Assembly: GCF_018350175.1 (NCBI RefSeq)
Contig: NC_058382.1
Location: 54,252,001-54,316,000, forward strand
Reading direction: 5' to 3'
DNA length: 64,000 bases
Origin: Felis catus
Lineage: Eukaryota
This document shows positions 37,056-50,659 of the stretch, piece by piece. Position 1 is the stretch's first letter. Every line of letters starts with the position of its first letter. The notes below the pieces were generated by a model. The model was not told the DNA's origin, made no database searches, and saw only the letters and a program-made list of their open reading frames with translations. A program made the position numbers and the translations under genes.

Positions 37056-38659
37056 ATCTGAAGCTTAATTTTTCATGAGACAACTCCTATTACCTCTACT
37101 CCCAAAGTTTACGTCGGGCCTGATGTCCCCAGAAGGAACACACTTGATGGGACACTGAGGGATGGAGAATCCAACAGGATGGAGAATCCTGAAGGATCCA
37201 TTATCCAACCAACACTGGATCAGGCCAACCAGCTTCACCAGTATGTGTAGGGGACGGTGAGATTGGGAGGCAAGAGAGTGTTAAGTGTTAAGCAATGTTC
37301 TTCTCACTAAAAAAAAAAAAAAAAAAAAAAAAATCCAACCCCTGCTCATTGTGACTCAACTGAATGCAATTAAGTTTGTGCCCGCTTTAAAGTCATGTCC
37401 AGAAAGTCCCTCAAAAGTAACCACTTGATCACCTGGGGTCTGTGCGTGAAATCGCCTGTGTAGATTATGGCCGCCTGGTGCCGCCTGGTGTCCTTCTACT
37501 TCTCTCGGATTCATTCGTCAGCATCGCGTGGATGCTGGCTGCCGGCTCCTCTCCACACATCAGCTAGCCCCTCAGGTCTCCCTGTTGCCTCGCCACAGCA
37601 GCGAGGAGATGAACACTCCCAAACCACCCCCCCCTTGCCCCCTGGTAGCCGCACAGGGGCCGTGGCACCTCCCTCCGCCACATGGGAGAAGGCGGGCGGC
37701 CAGAAGGAGGCAGGAAGGAGCGCTCTGTAGGCCCGAGCAGGGCGCTTGGGAAGGAAACTCCGAATGCCCCCACCCTGGCAGGTGCCTACCGTAACGCAGC
37801 CCCGAGCCGCAGGGCACAGCTCTGAGAGGAAAAGGAGACGAGGGGCTAAAAGGAAATGCAATGGCCACCAGACACATCTCTTCTCCCTCATCCGATTCAC
37901 GTAGGACGTACAGCTAGCTCGTCAATTTGCTGTCCATTGGGTATTGCCAGCTCAATGACATCCAGCCCCAAAGTGTCCTGGCCTCCTTGGTAGCAAAGGT
38001 GGACTTTCTGCCATTATCTAACAGAGGGACGAGAGGAGAGGCCACGCAGACATTGGAAGCCAATGGCACCGAGGTCCAATGGGTGTGGCTTCATAAACGA
38101 AGCACTTGTCTGCATGCAAACTTGAACAAGAATCTCTCTCCAAGACAATGTGGGTATGCCCTTGAGGGTATGGCCTATGATCAACTGAGCTCTGTCTTCT
38201 CCTCCGCCTCCTGCTCATAATGCCCCGTGCGATGTCCAGCGCATAGTAGGTACTTACTAAGTGCCAGGTGGATGCGTGCAAGGGGCGGTGGAATTATGGA
38301 CGAACGCACTGATGGATAGCTAGCTGGATGAAGTTCTGAGGCGAGCTGAGAGGGGCTGTGAGCACAGTGCACTGGGGGAAAAGTCTGAAATAAATTCAGG
38401 TGGCTCAACCAGATCGTCATCTGCCGTTTGTCAAACAACCATTCAGGAGACTGGCAGTCATTTTAAAATTAAATCAAATGGCCACTTAGATGCCCTGTAG
38501 CAGCAGTTGTGGGTTACTGTTGAAGATGTTCCATTTGCATATTGAGGCTTAACCCAGAGCTCAAAATATCCCTCTGAACTTCTGATTAGCTTCAACCGGA
38601 GTCAATAGTCATCTAGAGATGACCGAGACTTTGACATTTATTTGTTCTACCACCCTGCC

Positions 38660-39100
38660 TCTCTCGAGTCTGTGGAAGTGATGCTGTGTGGGGCTCTGTG
38701 GCTAGAGAATCAAGAGCCATCCATTTGTACCATGGTCTCTCGGGACACTCATTCTTAAAACCCAGCAGCCCTGACGTGAGGAAGCCTAAGCAAGCCCCCA
38801 CACAGAGTCCGCACGTGGGTGCTCCAGCAAATGGCGCAACTCAGGTCCTCACCAACAGCCAGTACCAACCATCAAACGTGCAAGCAAAAACGTTTCCAGA
38901 CGGTTCCAGTCCTCAGCCATCGAGCCACCCCAGGCTTTAGGTCTTCCCAGTGGAAGCCCCAGACACCACGGAATAGGAACAAGCCATTCTCACATTCCCT
39001 GTCTGAATCCCTGACCCACAGAATCCAGGAGCATTAAAATAAGAATGTCTTACAATTAACTGATGGGATGGTTTGTTGTGTGGCCATGTTAATTGCAACA
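38660..39100 (+). mobile_element. MLT1G-like MaLR LTR
   Basis: gtgaggaagcctaagca...gccccagacacc...aatccctgacccacagaatcc...ggtttgtt...aaca. Confidence 0.8.
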
Positions 39101-39598
39101 CTAGACTTGAAACACTGTCCCCAAACCCAGACCACTTAGCTTGAGCCTTGACGTCGAGCCTCTGTCCTGTTAGCCCCTGAAGTGCAGGGGGTGCCCTTTC
39201 CTCCCACAGCCTTAGATACTTTTTAGGGTCTTAATACCTAACACCAACAAAATAGATAAACCAAGAGGCTGCTGTCGACCTGGTTTGTCACCCACCATTT
39301 ATACACCTGTTCTGCGTCTGGGGCATTAGATTAGACTTTGCAACAAGTTCTGGACACCTCAAAAAAAGTCATTTAGCTTACCTATCCTTGACACCAGCTC
39401 TCTCTGCTTCCCAGCTGTTCTATTCCATAAAATCCAAACATACCTCGTACAGATGCTAACCTGGAAACCCTGAGAAGAAATACCATCTCTGCTCTTCATA
39501 TTCAATCCAACTGACTCTAAGGTTCACTTAAGGCTGCTCAGTGAAAGGTGAATTACTCCAAAAATAGACTGATAGTCTGATACCACATTTAAAAAAAT

Positions 39599-39801
39599 CT
39601 TTTTAACGTTTATTCATTTTTCAGAGACAGAGAGAGTGAGTGGGGGATGAGCAGAGAGAGGGGGAGACACAGAGTCTGAAGCAGGCTCCAGGCTCTGAGC
39701 TGTCAGCAAAGAGCCCAACACAGGGCTCGAACCCACGAACTGTGAGATCATGACCTGAGCCGACGTCAGACGCTTCACCGACTGAGCCACCCAGGCGCTC
39801 C
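39599..39801 (-). mobile_element. Can-SINE
   Basis: Reverse full-length SINE. Confidence 0.95.
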
Positions 39802-40449
39802 AGACTATCATCGCATCTAATCAAAAACTCCACTGTAGAGATCAGATGAAAGGAGAGCATTTAAAAAGCTCCTATCGTGGACAGGAAGATGCCGAAGAGC
39901 AGCTCTGATACGGTGTTGCAATCCATCCCGCCAAGTGGGAGGTCTCCAGAGCCTTGGAACGGGCTCGCAGCCCTGGGAGGCATGCAGGATCAGACATAAT
40001 CCCCAGCTTGGAATATCAATAGCCACTGAGGGATGGTTAAGCTCCTGCATCTGAGTGGACACATCTTACTCGCCGGAAGGAGCGACGGAGATGAGATCTA
40101 AGTAAGTGGAACCGAAGCAACGTCGCACCGACAGAACCGGGACCCCGGTCCAAGTAAGCTAACTATGGCTGCGCGGACCAGAGCAGCAAAGAGGCGGAAA
40201 TGCTGTGTCTGGCTCAGGCCCCAAAGGGGGAGGGACTTGAGAGCACACACTACCTTCCTGTATCTTGACACAGGCCTGAGGGAGGACACAGGGATTCTGT
40301 GGGCCCCAAGTCATGACACCTTCACGGTCAGCAGTCACCCAGGGCGTTGGGAGACCATAAGCACCACCACTGACACTGCAACGAAGCCACCTGTCGGAGG
40401 AGAGTAGTTATCATGACAACCACGGGGTTTCCATCCTTACCTGTCACAT

Positions 40450-41700
40450 TAAAGACCTGTTATTTTACCTCCTGAATTTCCTTCTAAAACATTTACGGTT
40501 CTCCATTTTGGAAGAGCAGGCCATAGCCTCCCAGCAGCCCTCCAGACGAAATCCCTATTCCAGGGGCGCCTGGGTGGCTCAGTCGGTTAAGCGTCTGACT
40601 CTTGGTTTCGGCTCAAGTCATAGTCTCACAGTTGTGAGTTCGAGTCCCGCAGTGGGTTCTGTGCTGGAGGTGCGGGGCCTCCTTGGGATTCTCTCTCTCT
40701 CCCTCTCTCTGCCGCTCCCCTGCTCACACTGTCACTGTCTATCTCAAAATACATAAATAAACTTAAAAAAAAAAAAAGGAAATCCCTATTTCATCTCAGC
40801 CACCTTCCCCACATTCCCCACAGTGCTTCCAGAGAGATTTCTTTATCATAACAAGAATCTAATCCTGTCACTCAACCCCTCTGCACCATTCCCACTTAAA
40901 ACTCCAGTGGCTTCCCAGTGCCCAAAGGAAAAAGTGAAAAATCCTTCATATGGTCTACAAGGCACTGAAGTTGGGCATCTACATCTACCTACACCTCCTG
41001 CCTCCTCACTCTCTATTCGCTTGCTGCTTTCTGGAATCGTCTGTACCTCCCATCCTCACCTAAGGGCCTGGCCCTGATGCTCTGGAGGGTGCTCTCATCT
41101 CCCACACCTCTTCCTCCAATTAACTCCAACCCACTCCTTAGATTCAAGGAGAACTGGGTTGTGAGCCAGACTTCCTGGGTTCAAAGTCCAGCCCTGCCAA
41201 CGACTTGTAGTTATGCCCCCCGGGGGAGGGCGGGGCAAAGACCTAAACATCTCTGTGTTTCAGTTGCTCCTGGGGATGATAATCATTGCTGCTTCATGGG
41301 GTCATTATGAGGACAAAAGAGTTAATACTTGTAACTTAGGTAAAAACAATTGCAACAGGACCTAGCATATAAAAAGCACTCAGTAACTATTAGCTCCCTA
41401 TTCTTAAACCAGCTCAAATATCACTTCCACAGAAAGAAGCCTCCTCTGTGGCTCCCCATAATAAGATTCCTTCCTAAATGTCCTTTGCCTCAAGCACTTG
41501 CTGCTTCATAATTATGCATCCTTTAGTAGGACTATTTGATTATTGTAGGTTCTACCCACTGCTCACAAGAGTATATGTCTGTTTTTGCTCACCCAATATG
41601 CCAGTACGTAGCATGGCTCCTGATATACAGTAGATACTCAAAATCCTATAACGGATGGATGGATGGATGGATGGATGGATGGATGGATGGATGGATGAAG
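40450..41700 (+). mobile_element. L2 3' region interrupted by a Can-SINE and a MIR (about 41150-41400)
   Basis: cttaaaactccagtggcttccc...ggtctacaaggcactg; terminus acagtagatactcaaaa followed by (GGAT)n. Confidence 0.65.
40563..40778 (+). mobile_element. Can-SINE
   Basis: TSD gaaatccctatt at 40548 and 40779. Confidence 0.96.
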
Positions 41701-42801
41701 ATAAGTCCAGATGACACAGAGTGTGGAGGCTAGCCACTCCTAACTAACCAACCTTACACCCAGCAGCTTCACCTTCGGGATTACACAGAATCCTGGACTA
41801 TCTTGTGCATCTTCTATGATGATCTTGAACATCAACGGTTCTTTCCCACCTCACTATTTTCAGTGGGCCCCATCTTACAGTCCAAGGGGGACTGAATTTC
41901 CTGATGGCGCTACACTAAGATACCCTAATGGTAAAACATTGAACACAGCCACTGCCTCAAAGAGAGGCCAACAGAGACACAGGTAGCCTGAGGTGGGGCA
42001 TTCGAAAGCCCCCGGCCCTCCTTCCAAGATTCTACCAGGGCGCCATCTAAGGAGGCTGTTTGCCCCTCTTGGAGCCAAGAAGCGCAAACCTCCGTGGAAA
42101 ATTGGAGATTGAGCCGGATCCCTTCTCAGGTCTTCTCCCCTATCAGGGAGGCATTCATGAGACATGCTGGGCACATGGAGTGGAGAGATGAGGCCCCTGA
42201 CCCTGGGGGTTGTCCATGGTATGTAGAAGACAGACAGGAAGCTGATAATTAAGCGATTAATTAATTACAAGGGTGCAAATAACAGGGCATACAAGTGAAT
42301 GCAGGGTGGTGGGGGAGGAATCTCGATCATATACCAGAGACTCCCTGGCATGCAAAATGTGACACGGCTGTTAGAACAGCTCTCCCGTGTGGTCGGTGAA
42401 GGCAAAAGAGGGGAGCACCGGGAAGGCATTTTTCGATTCAGTTTCTCACCAGAAAGGCCAAACAACGCTACAAGGACTCACAGAGAGGCACAAAGGGTGC
42501 CCAGCTCTCCCTACATGTGTGATGTGCCTCTGTTGTCCCGGGAAGGTTGGGTGCTTTTTCAAGTACTGGCACCGAAGTACCCCAAGAAACCCAGGAAAGG
42601 TGATTATCCCCACTTTACAGATGTAGCAACTGAGTCTCAGGTGGGGTTAAGTGAGTTGGTCACATGGCCAAGCCAGCAGGGTAACCCAAGACTGTTCCCC
42701 AAGCTCACACTCTTACTGCTACACCAACACACAGGGAGTGAGACATGGGTTTTGTTCTGGCTCTGCACAAAACCGAGGGACCTAATTTAAAATAAAATGT
42801 T

Positions 42802-43005
42802 GGGGCACCTGGGTGGCTCAGCAGTTAAGTGTCTGACTTCGGCTAAAGTCATGATCTCACCATTTGTGGATTCCAGCCCCGCACTGGCAGCTCAGAGCCT
42901 GGAGCCTGTTTCTGATTCTGTGTCTCCCCACCTCTCTGCCCCTCCCCCGCTTGTGCTCTCTCTTTCTTGCTCAAAAATAAATAAACATTTAAAAAATAAA
43001 ATTAA
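42802..43005 (+). mobile_element. Can-SINE
   Basis: Full head and tail. Confidence 0.94.
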
Positions 43006-46000
43006 ATGCTAATAAAAAAAATAAATGCTAAAAAAAAATAAAATGCTAATGCATAATAACTGTCAAAATAATCTGCAAGTAAAACTCACAACTTGTTTAA
43101 AGACGGATGAGAAACTGTCACATAACAGACAAAACAGTGACAACCTCATGGCTGCCATGCCACTAAGCACCTGACATGCACAAATCCATTTGCTCTTCGC
43201 ATCAATTCACTGATGAAGAGGTTAGGATCATCATACCAGAGTTACAGATGTAGAAACTGACGTTTGGAGGGTTGAAGTGCTTGCCCAAGGACCAGCCGTT
43301 GAACCCAGGCCTACCTACCCCACTACCTGAGCTCCATATCACCCGACCGTCATAAACACAGTTGATTTATACTCTGATGCAAGGCAGGTTGGAGGAGAGC
43401 TGGCCAGGCTCAGGAGCGGAACTGGCCACTACATACTAAGACGTAGCTGAAAGAGCTGAAGTCTAGTCTGTTCAGTGTTAACCTGAGGCCAAAGGCTTCA
43501 GCAGCAGATGGTTGGTGGTGGGTCATGGGATGGAGAACCCAGAACAGTGGGCCAGCAGGTGGCATGGGGAAACCTGCCCAGGTAAGAGGGTCCCAGAAGC
43601 CAGGCCTTTGTGGAGACAGAATGCCAGTCCCGAAGAAAGGTACTGACCAGAGCAAGGCAGGGCCCGGGATCTGGAAACACAAGGAGGGTACAGAGGAGGC
43701 AAGGACTTAGGGTCAGGGAACAATGCAGGGATCCAGGAGCAGAATCAGGAAGCCAGGCGGAATTGTTCTAGGCAACAAGACCAAAGTTCTGAGCTTGGTA
43801 ACTTAAATGCTCCCAGAGAACCGAGCAAGAGCTCCTGCGGTTCCCAAAGAACTCCTCTGAAGAGAAGAACATTCTTTTGGCAAGTAGTGAATGAGCACCT
43901 GTTATGTCCCAGGCCCAGGAGAGGCCCTGAAGATAGAGCCTTACATAAGACAGATGCAGTCCTTACCCACCGTGAGCTTGAACTAGGGATTCAATACAAG
44001 CCAAGATCATCATGACCATCATTTTCATTTTCTGCATCATCACCTGGGAATAGGGTCTACGAGTCTTCATTTTAACAAGACCACTCACTAGTCGTTGGCA
44101 TGCGATAAATTTTGTTTTTACCTCTGTGGACAGTTCCTGCTTTTCCAATATGGGGACCAGCCAGCAACTCAAAATTGAGACAAACAAGTATCCGTACCCC
44201 AAGCTCCCTGGAGGAAACCACGGTCACCTGGGAACCCAATCCTGAACCCCTTCGTGCTGCCATCTGTCCTAGGAGGCTAGACATAGTGACAGGAAACAAG
44301 GAGGACGTCCCCAACAAGCTTCACGCTGTGCAGTCATGGAGGACAGGAAGCACCTTGCTCACAGCTTGTGTCTGTCTGCGCAGAGATTATGGCAACAGAA
44401 TCGGCCCAAGGGGAAACCGAGGTCTTCCTTGCTCACCTTCTTTCCCAGCCCAGCCCTCCTCTGGCATTTCTGCCTCTAAACACCGTTAATTCAGGGGGGC
44501 TTCCAAAGCACCATCCATTTTCCCTGTGCTGGATCTTTTCCCAACAGTGTTCCCTGCCCCCCATGCCTCCATACTGTAAAGCTACCAGCCTTGAATGACA
44601 GAGCAAAAGGTGGGAAGAGAGGGAACTGGGGCTTCTCCAGGGCCCCAAGACTACATAACATGCACACAGACTGAGATGAACGCACTCGGCTGGTTCTGGG
44701 AGCACACCTCCATTCCCCTTCCCTCCCCGTCCGGTCCATGCTGGATCCTGGAAACCACTGACACTCACCAGAACTCTGAATGCCAGGAAACCAATGAAGC
44801 AAGGACTAGGGACTAGGTTTGCCTGTGCAGAGTTGATGCTACTTCCTGCCATGTTTGCGAACACTCACCATTTAGTGCCCAATGACCGGGCAGTGCACAA
44901 ACAAGCCACGCACATGAATGCCTCCAACGAACCTTGTTGTCGTTTTCATTTGATCCCAACAGGAAATACTCGGGCGATGAGTGTGCGCTCTTCTAAAGAG
45001 CAAAGGAACACCGTGCTCTGCTGACAGTCTTTCAACGTCGAGGGCACTTTGCCAGGAACTGTCTACCCGTGCCTTCGGTGTGGCTTCTGAACAAGTCGCT
45101 GCTGCCCGAAATGCAAGTCCCCGGGCGTTTCTCCCTGGGCCCCAGGATGCATTTTCCTCCCAGGCCAGTACACAAATGAGGGTTGGCTGCAGCTACACTC
45201 GCTCGTTAGCGAGTGACCGCAGCAGTGGGCTTGTAATATTTGCAATACCGTTTCCGGTTTTAAAATTAAACCCTGAGAGCCCAACCAACTTCAGAAATGG
45301 AGCGTGTGTGGTTGCTTAAAGGCTTTCTTTAGAGTCACTATGGGGGTAACTGATCTTGAATAAGAGAATAGACTAAAATAACCAGAGAGAACCCACATCT
45401 TATCATCACGAGGAAGTGGCCACAGAGAGATGATGTGCTCATACTCAAGAGACTCTGAACACGGCACACACGTTTCCGCTGCGACCCCAGAAAAATGTCA
45501 CCTGCTCGCAGGCAGTCGGAGGCATCCTCCTCGGTGTCCCCAGGGCCCGAACAAAACCAAGAGTACAATAAATCGCGATGAGAACGATCCCCCCCCCAGG
45601 ACAAGAACACTGAGGAGAACGATCACTGCCATCCTCTGGCTGTCCCCACGTGCAGGGGACCGTGAAAGACTTCACGTGCAGGAACTCACAGATTCCCCGA
45701 AGAAATCCTCCGCAGTAACCACTGCTCTCATTCCCAGCTGATAGGTGAGCAAACTGAGGCTCAGGAAAACTCAGGGGTCTGCCTACAGTCACACCCTGGA
45801 GCCTGGATTCAAACCCAAAACTGACTAAAGCCTGAGCTCTTTCCCAAGGCACAAGAAGGTCTGAGCAGAGAAAACGCTGTCCCGCAGGAGAGTCCCTCCA
45901 ATGGGACCTACTGGAGGAAGCGGCCCATCCGCCCATCCACCACCCACAGAACCCGAGGCCAGGAGCGCCTCCCACCCCACCCCCACTCCACACTGGGGGG

Positions 46001-46283
46001 CCAGGCACCAGGCAAGGCCAGGGAGAGATTCCGACCATTGCCCAGTGCCGGTACCTACCGGCTATGCCAATGCCCCCTGTGGAGATGCTCCCTGATGACG
46101 AGGGGGCTAGGGAACTCCTCAGGAGCTCAAGAAACTTCTAAAAGAGCTCTGTAAACAAATGAAAACAAAAGTGCCCAGGGATAGTGCACTGAGTCGTCAT
46201 ATAATCGATAGCAGCACTCTTTTTAGTACTGAGGTTCTTGGCTGCACATTGGCATCACCTGGGGAGTCTTTAAAACACCAACA

Positions 46284-46492
46284 GGGGCGCCTGGCTGGCT
46301 CAGTCCGTTAAGCGTCCAACTGCGGCTCAGGTCACGATCTTCCGGTTCGTGATTTCGAGCCCCGTGTCGGGCTTTGTGCTGACAGCTCAGAGCCTGGAGC
46401 CTGCTTCGGCTTCCGTGTCTCCCTCTCTCTCTCAGTCCCTCCCTCCACTCGCACTCTGTCTCTCTCTCAAACAAACATACTTAAAAATTTTT
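46284..46492 (+). mobile_element. Can-SINE inside a MER5-like element
   Basis: TSD taaa(a/t).cca; host ggctgcacattggcatcacctggggag. Confidence 0.94.
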
Positions 46493-47976
46493 AAATACCA
46501 GTAAAATGTAAGTAAAGAAGACAAGAATGAATAAATGAATAAGGAAGACAAGGATGAACGAATGAAAACCAATGCTCAAACCCCAAATTACTGATGTAAT
46601 TGGGTTTGGGATATGGCCTGGGCATCGAGGTGTGATTCCAATGTTTACAGGTACGTAAAATAACAGAGCACCTTACAATCAAAGGTGTCTCAGAGTCAAT
46701 GAAAGCAAAGGCTGTGCTCAATGCTCAGAAATTACCCGAGGAACTCAGATGCCCCGAACACTCCTGCTCCTTTTCATGAGAAACCGCATCAGGGCAACAA
46801 CAGCGAAACCATCCGCAACAGGATGGCTCTGTGGGCTCCGGTATATTTTCTCTGTCTTCCTCAGAACATACCTAATACTGGCTTTATAAGGCCCATTTTG
46901 CATATTAGAAAGCTGACGCTCAAAGAAGTTCCATGAACTCGCCCAAGGTTACAGAGGAAGTCATTGGCAGGTCCCCAAGCCTGCGCCCTTTCCAAAACAG
47001 CATGCTGGCTTTGCCATATACTGTGTTCCCTCTACATACAGGGCTAGGAGACAGAATCCAAGGGTACGTGAGCCACAAACCCTGAACTCCGAGAGCTTAT
47101 AATCCACTCCGGGCGGCACACTGGCACCCGAGACATCACCCTCCAGATCACCCTGAGCTCTCCAGCACGCCAGGGGCTGAGGAAGTCCACAGAGGAAAGC
47201 TGACCCTTGACGGGAAGAGTCGTCTCCCATGAAGAAGAACTCTCTGGACTTGGCCCTTGGAGAATCAGAAGGGCTTCTACGAGCACAGCAGAGGGAGAGG
47301 GCAAAGGCACAGAGGGGCCCTGGAGCCGTGACCCCACCCTGCCGCAGGGTGAAGGCCTCTGACCTGCTAAGGTCGACAGGCGTGCTGTATACCCTCCCCC
47401 TAGAGCCTCCTGAACTGCCGCGGTGCCAGCTTCCGGCACCTGCTTAGGCTTACCGTCTGCCTCTGGGTGCATGCAGGTATGCGACGTAGGTCCGGGAGTT
47501 CCTGGAGAGAAGAAAAAGCAGCCCCAAGAGCCGTCTCGAGCCGTCTCCTCCTAGGAGCTGTGTCTCCCGCCACAAAGGCTGCATTCCCGGTGCGTGGCCC
47601 CGAGAGTAGGGAGCTTTGCCCAGAAGGGTTGTATTAATTAATCCCTGGCCTGTTATCAAGTCCAGCTTTGGCCTCACCGCCCTCAGGAGCCGAGCCAAAC
47701 ATCCAATCTACTGTTTGTATCCTGTCTGTGGCTGACTCTGAGGCTGGGAGGTGGGACGTGGCTAAGTAAGCACCTTAAGTCCAACTCCTCCCGAACCCCA
47801 GATTCACCAGATGCTGACCTCAAGGGTGGGAAGCACCACCACGCTCCAGATGCTGGGATCCCGCTGGGGGACGAGGTGAGACAAACGGCCCTCCCTCCCC
47901 GGCACACTGACTTTACCTACACAAATCCTCCTCTTTTCTGCTCGATCCTGTGGGTTACTCCCCTCTGTTCCCCACG

Positions 47977-48203
47977 GAGGGGTTGGCAAACCACAGCCTG
48001 CAAATCTGGCCCACCGCCTATTTTTGTAAATAAAGTTTTATGCGTAACACAGTCACGCCAATGTGTGTTTACATATTGTCTCTATGCAGCCGCTTTGCCA
48101 TCACAAGGGCAGAACTGAGCAGCGGACAAAGAATGAATGGCCTGCAAAACTGAAAATATTTATTACTCTCTGCCCTTCCACTTAACCAGTTTGCTGATCC
48201 CTG
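47977..48203. mobile_element. MER58A-like hAT-Charlie MITE, full length
   Basis: Terminal inverted repeats aggggttggcaaac / gtttgctgatccctg; tttttgtaaataaagttttat core. Confidence 0.9.
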
Positions 48204-48344
48204 CCAGAAACAAAGAAGAAAAGGAGGATGAGGGCGCTGAGAGAAATGACTTCTGTCTTCATGTTCCTGTCACAGGGCTCTTACTTCTGTGCTAGGACGG
48301 CTCTTTCTCTCAAAGAACGCATCTGCTCTAAAACTCTGGAGATA

Positions 48345-48468
48345 GGGGCGCCCAGGTGGCTCCGTCGTTGGAGCACGTGACTCTTGATTTCAGCTCTGGT
48401 CGTGATCTCCCGATCATAAGATTGAGCCCCACGTCGGGCTCTGCACTGAACATGGAGCCTGCTTGGGG

Positions 48469-48532
<64 letters not shown>

Positions 48533-48566
48533 GCCCCTACCCTGCTCATTCTCTCTCTCTCCTCTC

Positions 48567-48597
<31 letters not shown>

Positions 48598-48628
48598 ACA
48601 AATAAACATTTTGAAAAAAAGAAAAAGA
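48345..48628 (+). mobile_element. Can-SINE with expanded (CT)n and (AAAT)n
   Basis: TSD aaactctggaga at 48331 and 48629. Confidence 0.96.
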
Positions 48629-48949
48629 AAACTCTGGAGACATCCTCCTTCATTCAAGGTGAAGATCCTCTCATTAGCATGGCTCATAAGATCCTGTAAG
48701 GCCCTCCATCCACCTCAAACACATGACACACACATGGCATGAAGGGTATGTGCGCCTTGCCTGCAGTATGGGGCGCTGTTTTATGAAGCGATTGTTTCAC
48801 ACACATAGACATACACACACATTTGTGTACCGAGCCCACAATGCAAGTTTCTTTTGGGAGATTCACTTTCAAAACGTCTGCAAGCCACTAGGCTAAAAAG
48901 AACTCTATGAATTAGATCTCACAGATACCCACTTCTCTGCAACACCAAG

Positions 48950-49670
48950 TCACAAGACCTCTCACCTGGACCTGTGCCACAGCCTCCTGCAAGGTCTCCC
49001 TGCTTCCGGCGTTGACCCCCTACCAATGCATTGGGCACACGGTGGCCAACTCCGAAAGGCCCCCGGGTGGTTTCCCATGGCCTTAGGAACTAAACCCAGG
49101 TTTCCTATCCCAGCCCATGGCATTAGCCATGGTCTGGAGCCTGCCTGCCTGCCCCACTCTGGTACCACACTCCAACCGTGCTGCCTTCTATCAGTTCCTG
49201 GGACATGCTGAGCTCTTGGCCACCCCAGAGTCTCTGTGGGTAGGTATCATCCCTTTGGATGCTGGGGTTGAACGGGGCTTCGTTAAGTGAGGTAAATACA
49301 TTAACGGACTATGTTGGGGGTAGAAGGGGCTTGAATATTCCCAGTTCCCATACACATACACTCACATATGCCTCACCAACTCCTGTCTACCCTTTTGTCC
49401 CCACTTTAACATCACCTCCTCTGAGTATCTTCCCTGACACCCTATACCAGGGATGCTACATTTTTAGCGCTCTCTTCTATCCCTTGCAACACTTACTGAA
49501 GTTATAATGGGCAATCTGTGATTCGTGGTGACTGTCCCCTTTCACCAGTGGACGGCACGCCCCATGTAGCAAGGTCTAAGTGTGTCCTGTCCACTGCCGC
49601 GTCCCCACCAGGTCCCCCTGGCCCCCGGTAGATATCCAAGAATGGATATCTCACTGAATGACTCGGTCAA
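48950..49670 (+). mobile_element. L2 3' region, degenerate
   Basis: ctcacctggacctgtgccacagcctcct...tctccctgcttcc...tttcccatggccttagga. Confidence 0.55.
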
Positions 49671-50659
49671 CAAATCTCACCCTACTCTCTGCAAATCTCA
49701 GCCCACAAACGTCAAATTCTCATTTGCACGCTTAGGAACTTTACTCAGTCACCGTGCCCTAAACTGTATCGGAAGTCCCAGCAGTGCTCAAGCGAGTCAG
49801 TGTCCGACTAACCTGAGAAACCTGAACCCAGGAAGAACTGGAAAATACTTGGCACATTCTTCTCCTGAAAGCCTGCTGGCCTCAGGTGGGTGGTGTGCTT
49901 TTGTGACAAGCACGTGTCCCCCTGCTCCGGGGGAGTGGAGATCAGAGTTCTCTAGGGTCCAGGTGAGTGAACCCCATTTTTTCAAATCCTCACCTGCCCC
50001 AAACATTCTTGGTATCATTCCACCCACAAGCTTCTAATATGCTGGGACATCGAGCTTTCATATTCTGAAGATGGGTGACAATTAAAAAAAAAAAAAAAAA
50101 GCAGTGACATCTATTTCAAGTTCGAAAATGATTTGCTAATCCAGAAAAAAATGTCAAGTTCAGATGAATTAAGACTGGTCATGAGTTCAAACTGCAGAAG
50201 TTGGCTAACGAGTCCTTGAAAGGTCAGTACAATATCCTATTTTTGCGTATATTTGACACTTTCCACGTGAGCACTGAAAATTATTTGATGAGTATTGAGT
50301 GACTCTAATCAATATTCATCCATATGTTTGCTTCCAATAAGAATTTGTTTTTAAAACTGGCAATGAAATGAAGGCGTCTGTAAAGAGATTGCTTTTAGTA
50401 CAACAAACAATAGTACAACCCTATCTCCAATGTAATTATAATGCTTTACTAAAATAACATTAAACTATGGAGGAATTTCTAATTACATTAAAAAGTAAAA
50501 TTCTATTTAGAGCAAGTTTTAAATAACTAAAAACACGTCTCAACTACAGAGCTTGGCATTCGACACATATTTATTGAATGAAAGACCAGCTGAGGCATCT
50601 AAAAAAACAAAGAAGTGAAGCTATTTTTAGCTTAAGTAAAATGAAAAAAAACAGATTCA

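Noticed and set aside
45445..46038. 197-aa ORF
   Set aside because: Includes MIR-derived sequence, non-ATG start, no domain
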